Shown here: positions 60,877 to 64,000 of the stretch, piece after piece
Layout of the letters: each line of letters starts with the position of its first letter
Numbering within the stretch: the stretch's first letter is position 1
Assembly: GCA_963725665.1 (NCBI GenBank)
Contig: CAVRZA010000004.1
Span: forward strand, 1-64,000
Source: an uncultured Actinomycetes bacterium
GTDB taxonomy: Bacteria; Actinomycetota; Thermoleophilia; UBA2241
DNA: 64,000 bases
Direction: 5' to 3'
Notes under the pieces: generated by a model
What the model was told of the DNA's origin: nothing
The model's database searches: none
Seen by the model: the letters and a program-made list of their open reading frames with translations, nothing else
Position numbers and translations under genes: made by a program

Positions 60877-61461
60877 CTGGTCTTCGCGATCTCCTACGAG
60901 CAGGCGACCTGGTTCCTCGTCGTCGTCGCGTGGGCGGCCTGGATCTTTCTGGGCAGCGGTCGCCGGCGCCCCGAGGTCGGCGACAAGCATGAGGACCAGG
61001 GGACGCTGGCGTGGGCCTGGGCTGTAACGGGCGGTTCGCTCGTGCTGGCCATCGCGGTCGCGCTCGTGGTGCCGTGGGCCGGCCTGCCCGGCGAACCGTG
61101 GGTCGCAAGGCTCCTCGGCTCGCTTGTGGCGCTCTCGGGGGTAGCCCTGCGCGAGTGGGCGATCCTGACGCTCGGCCGCCTCTTCACGCAGAGCGTCATG
61201 ATCCGTGAGCAGCACGTGGTCGTCGCCACGGGGCCCTACCGCTGGCTCCGCCATCCGTCCTATACCGGGACGCTCCTCACGCTCGTCGGTCTGATGCTTA
61301 CGCTGGACAACTGGCTGAGCGTCATCGTGGTGATAGTGGGGTTCCTCGTCGGCCACATCCCGCGCATACGGTTGGAGGAGCGGGTCCTGGAGGAGAACCT
61401 CGGCGAGTCCTACAGGGAGTTCGAGCGAGGGCGCAAGCGACTCGTGCCGGGGGTCTGGTAG
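60877..61461 (+). CDS. Isoprenylcysteine carboxyl methyltransferase (ICMT/PEMT) family membrane protein
   Basis: LGRLF, VVATGPYRWLRHPSYTG, RIRLEERVL..Y..RLVPGVW; start tentatively CTG 60877. Confidence 0.85.
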   Translation: MVFAISYEQATWFLVVVAWAAWIFLGSGRRRPEVGDKHEDQGTLAWAWAVTGGSLVLAIAVALVVPWAGLPGEPWVARLLGSLVALSGVALREWAILTLGRLFTQSVMIREQHVVVATGPYRWLRHPSYTGTLLTLVGLMLTLDNWLSVIVVIVGFLVGHIPRIRLEERVLEENLGESYREFERGRKRLVPGVW

Positions 61462-61578
61462 TCCGCGTTCGGCGTGCGGCCACTGCGGCCTTGGCGCGTA
61501 GCTCGCACGCCTCGTCGCCGAGTCTACGTCCGCCGACGACAAGGACGAACCTTCGCGCCAAGCGGGAAGAACCTCGTC

Positions 61579-62574
61579 GTGATGGATGAGCTGCTCCTCC
61601 TCGAGCGTCTCTCGGACAGGGACCTGACCGTGCTCGCGCAGGCGGGCGGCGAGCGCGGCGGCGACGCCGCCGCGCTCGCCGCCCGCCTGCGCCTCCAGCC
61701 GGAACGCATCGACGACCTTCTCGGGCGGCCGGAGGTCTTCGCAGCCCTCTTCGGCTCGACTCAGCAGGATCCGCTGCTGGTCGTCGCTCCCTTCCTTGCC
61801 ATCTCGGTGCTGCTGGCGCGCACGGCCTCCGTCCTTGAGGAGGTCGCCTACGTGCCGGAATGGGTCGGCAGCCGGCAGCGCGTGCCCGTCTTCGAGGTCG
61901 AGCCGCTGCGAGAGTTCCTGGCCGGTCCGCTGCGGCGTATCTTCCTGGCCGACCTGCTTGCCTCCTACACGCACGTCGCGAGCGGGGCGCTCTGGGTGAA
62001 GAGCCGCCGTGGCTGGCGGCACCGCCGCTTCAGCGAGCTCGACCCGGCGCAGTTCGCGACGCTCATCCTGTCGGTGCCGCCCGAGGAGCGGCTGGCGCTC
62101 TACCGGCGTCTCGGCGACTTGGCTCTGTTCCTGACCGGCGTGTTTCCCGACTACGTCGAGAAGAGGACGATGACCCCGATCGCCGTCGAGCGGCTGCGTC
62201 GTGCGGTCGCCGGCGACAGGTGGGTGAGCGATGGCGGCCGAGGGGACAAGAGGGCGGCCGGCAGCCGAGGGGTTCAGACGGCGGCCGGCGTACTGCCTGC
62301 GGATCTGCCGGCGGACGACTCAGACGACTGGCCGGGCGAAGGCTGGGGCCGTGAGACGAGCCGCGGCGTGCCGGGCAATGTGGGCTTGCTCGAGTGGATC
62401 GGCCGGCGCTCGTACTGGCTGGCTTGGCAGGGAGTCGAGTATCGCCAGCTCGGCCTCGCGCCAGCCCTCGGCGACGTCGCCCGGCGCTTCAGGCACGCGC
62501 GCATGATCCTCAACTTCATGACCGAGCGCTACCTGTTCGAGCACCGTCAGCGCTGGTTCCCGCTGGGGTCGTAG
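61579..62574 (+). CDS. Hypothetical helical protein
   Basis: Long ORF with high-GC3 codons; motif-like RRFSELD and YRRLGDLALFLTGVFPD. Confidence 0.7.
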   Translation: MMDELLLLERLSDRDLTVLAQAGGERGGDAAALAARLRLQPERIDDLLGRPEVFAALFGSTQQDPLLVVAPFLAISVLLARTASVLEEVAYVPEWVGSRQRVPVFEVEPLREFLAGPLRRIFLADLLASYTHVASGALWVKSRRGWRHRRFSELDPAQFATLILSVPPEERLALYRRLGDLALFLTGVFPDYVEKRTMTPIAVERLRRAVAGDRWVSDGGRGDKRAAGSRGVQTAAGVLPADLPADDSDDWPGEGWGRETSRGVPGNVGLLEWIGRRSYWLAWQGVEYRQLGLAPALGDVARRFRHARMILNFMTERYLFEHRQRWFPLGS

Positions 62575-62624
62575 TAGGAGCGCGCAGTCCCGCGCGACGG
62601 CGGCCGCGAGCGACGCCCGCGGGC

Positions 62625-62891
62625 TCATCCGACCTCCCGCATCATGTGCTCCATCGACTCCACCTTGGCGCGCAGCTCGGCGAGGTCGGCCTTCATGGCT
62701 GACTGGACCTCACGCGTCTCCTTGGCCAGGCCCTCGTAGTCGGATACGAGCTTGCGGTACTGCTCCGTGCTTGTGCCCTTGGCCTTCTCGGCGTCGACGC
62801 CGGCTCTGCTCGCGACGAGGGTCGAGATCAGCGCGACGACGCCGATGACGATGATCGCGAGGATCAATGCTTCTGGCCATCCGATGTTCAT
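62625..62891 (-). CDS. Small single-TM coiled-coil hypothetical protein
   Basis: N-terminal TM, then a heptad-like helix; ATGA overlap with the ArsR gene. Confidence 0.75.
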   Translation of the reverse strand: MNIGWPEALILAIIVIGVVALISTLVASRAGVDAEKAKGTSTEQYRKLVSDYEGLAKETREVQSAMKADLAELRAKVESMEHMMREVG

Positions 62892-63226
62892 CTCTTCACC
62901 TTTCCGTCCGGTTGGTTCCCGTCGCTGAGTGTGGACACGGCCTCGATGACCCGTGCTGGTGTGAGGCGCTCGTCGAAGTCGGTCACCTCGTAGAAACGCA
63001 GCGCCTTGCCTTCGGCCGACACCTCGTGGCGTCCGACAATGAGTCCCGCCTTCTCCAGAATCTGGAGGTGCATGTGGAGCAGCGGCCGGCTGATGCCCAG
63101 CTCGCGTGCCAGTTCGCTCACGTACGCTTGGCGCTGGCTCAGCGCCGCGAGGATACGCAGGCGATGGGGGTTGCCCAGGGCGCCGAGCATCGTCAAGAGC
63201 TGATCGCCTGTGCGGTCTTCAGTCAT
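62888..63226 (-). CDS. ArsR/SmtB family winged-helix regulator
   Basis: ALGNPHRLRIL..YVSELARELGISRPLLHMHLQILEKAGLI; GAAGGAG RBS. Confidence 0.9.
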   Translation of the reverse strand: MTEDRTGDQLLTMLGALGNPHRLRILAALSQRQAYVSELARELGISRPLLHMHLQILEKAGLIVGRHEVSAEGKALRFYEVTDFDERLTPARVIEAVSTLSDGNQPDGKVKR

Positions 63227-63240
63227 GCTGCTCCTTCATA

Positions 63241-63279
63241 TGTCAGAAATACATTACACATGAAGGAGAGGGCTGTCAA
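63241..63279 (-). promoter_or_regulatory. sigma70 promoter with overlapping imperfect palindrome (likely ArsR autoregulation)
   Basis: Minus strand TTGACA-N17-TAATGT; TGTCA-N8-TTACA overlaps the -10 box. Confidence 0.6.
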
Positions 63280-63420
63280 CAAGAAGATACGGGAGTGGTG
63301 GCACGCAGTGCGTTGGCTGGTGGGAGATGCAGTGGGGTCGTGCGCCAGCGACGCGTTCACCTGAGGGCACTGTGGGTCCTGCCCCGGGGCGTCGACCGCG
63401 CGATATGATGACTGGCGCGT

Positions 63421-63497
63421 GGGCCTATAGCTCAGATGGTTAGAGCAGCCGACTCATAATCGGCCGGTCGCAGGTTCGAGTCCTGCTGGGCCCACCA
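63421..63497 (+). tRNA. tRNA with CAT anticodon, most likely tRNA-Ile2 (lysidine-modified)
   Basis: 77-nt cloverleaf: GGGCCTA/TGGGCCC acceptor stem, GACT-CAT-AATC anticodon arm, GGTTCGAGTCC T-arm, encoded CCA; paired G1-C72 argues against an initiator tRNA. Confidence 0.92.
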
Positions 63498-63581
63498 CGT
63501 TGTCAGATTGACAACGTTTCTCCCTGCAAACCGCTAGCTTCTGGCTACCCGGTCGCCGACCTCCCGCCGAGCGCCGCCCGA

Positions 63582-63992
63582 TCAGTCGTCAATTGGCTCA
63601 AGAGCCAGCTGCTCAATCCTGTCCTTCATGGCTTTGACCACTTCGGGGGAGTGCCCCTGCCAATCCGTGCACTCGCCCGTGACCCGCAGCGGCTCCCGGG
63701 AGCGGTATGACTTCGTCGGATTACCCGGATATTTCTTGTCCGTCAGATTGGGGTCATCCATAATCGGGCCGGTCGGTTCCACCATGTAGATTCTGCCGGG
63801 ACCTTCGCCGAGTGCCAGCTCCGCCCCCCAGGCGGCTGCATCCAGGGTGCCGGTCAGGTAGACGTAGGTTGTCATCCTATCCCGTTTACCGAAGTTAGGG
63901 GGATGGCCGGGCTCGATCAGGTCTCCTGGCTTCAGGTCAGCCCGTGTGCCATGGTAGAACCGCTGCGAACTCAGGTCGTCGATGGCTGCCAT
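63582..63992 (-). CDS. arr: NAD(+)-rifampin ADP-ribosyltransferase
   Basis: FYHGTRADL..GDLI, YVYLT, AAWGAELA, RIYMVEPTG..DDPNLTDKKYPGNPTKSYRSREPLRV; may extend beyond the window edge. Confidence 0.9.
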   Translation of the reverse strand: MAAIDDLSSQRFYHGTRADLKPGDLIEPGHPPNFGKRDRMTTYVYLTGTLDAAAWGAELALGEGPGRIYMVEPTGPIMDDPNLTDKKYPGNPTKSYRSREPLRVTGECTDWQGHSPEVVKAMKDRIEQLALEPIDD

Positions 63993-64000
63993 CGGCTCGC

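Noticed and set aside
63421-63497. tRNA-Met or initiator fMet assignment
   Set aside because: Positions 1-72 are paired, there is no triple G-C anticodon stem, and the GACTCATAATC arm matches Ile2-type tRNAs; an elongator Met cannot be fully excluded

Overview
This is a high-GC, Actinobacteria-like chromosomal window. The lineage is inferred from composition and gene families and is not certain. It has four blocks. (1) 0-32.5 kb is an accessory membrane/stress island: four SulP and three DHA2-type MFS genes, three DUF1269 genes, an AtsB-like arylsulfatase, a gluconolactonase/glucose dehydrogenase/GH15/CoA-disulfide reductase-rhodanese run and a putative lipid-remodelling module, followed by a vapBC pair. 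(2) 33.5-44.2 kb is an acyl-CoA locus: a two-subunit CoA-transferase, DUF3870, cysK, a class III aminotransferase and acyl-CoA dehydrogenase-fixCXAB. (3) 44.4-55.8 kb is a catabolic locus with an Opp/Dpp ABC transporter flanked by two CocE/NonD hydrolases and an amidohydrolase. (4) 56-64 kb holds mixed genes ending in tRNA-Ile2(CAT) and a rifampin ADP-ribosyltransferase (arr). The most striking signal is non-coding. The leaders of the CoA-transferase operon (minus strand, ~35338-35460) and the acyl-CoA dehydrogenase-fix operon (plus strand, ~39118-39237) share one architecture: a -10 box, 6 nt, GCTGCAC, a covarying stem, then a GAGCCTCCAG/CTGGAGGCTT terminator-like hairpin. This is a candidate riboswitch or attenuator for CoA-ester metabolism. 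Many genes carry small frameshifts, probably sequencing or assembly indels, and two abrupt gene-fusion junctions are visible.
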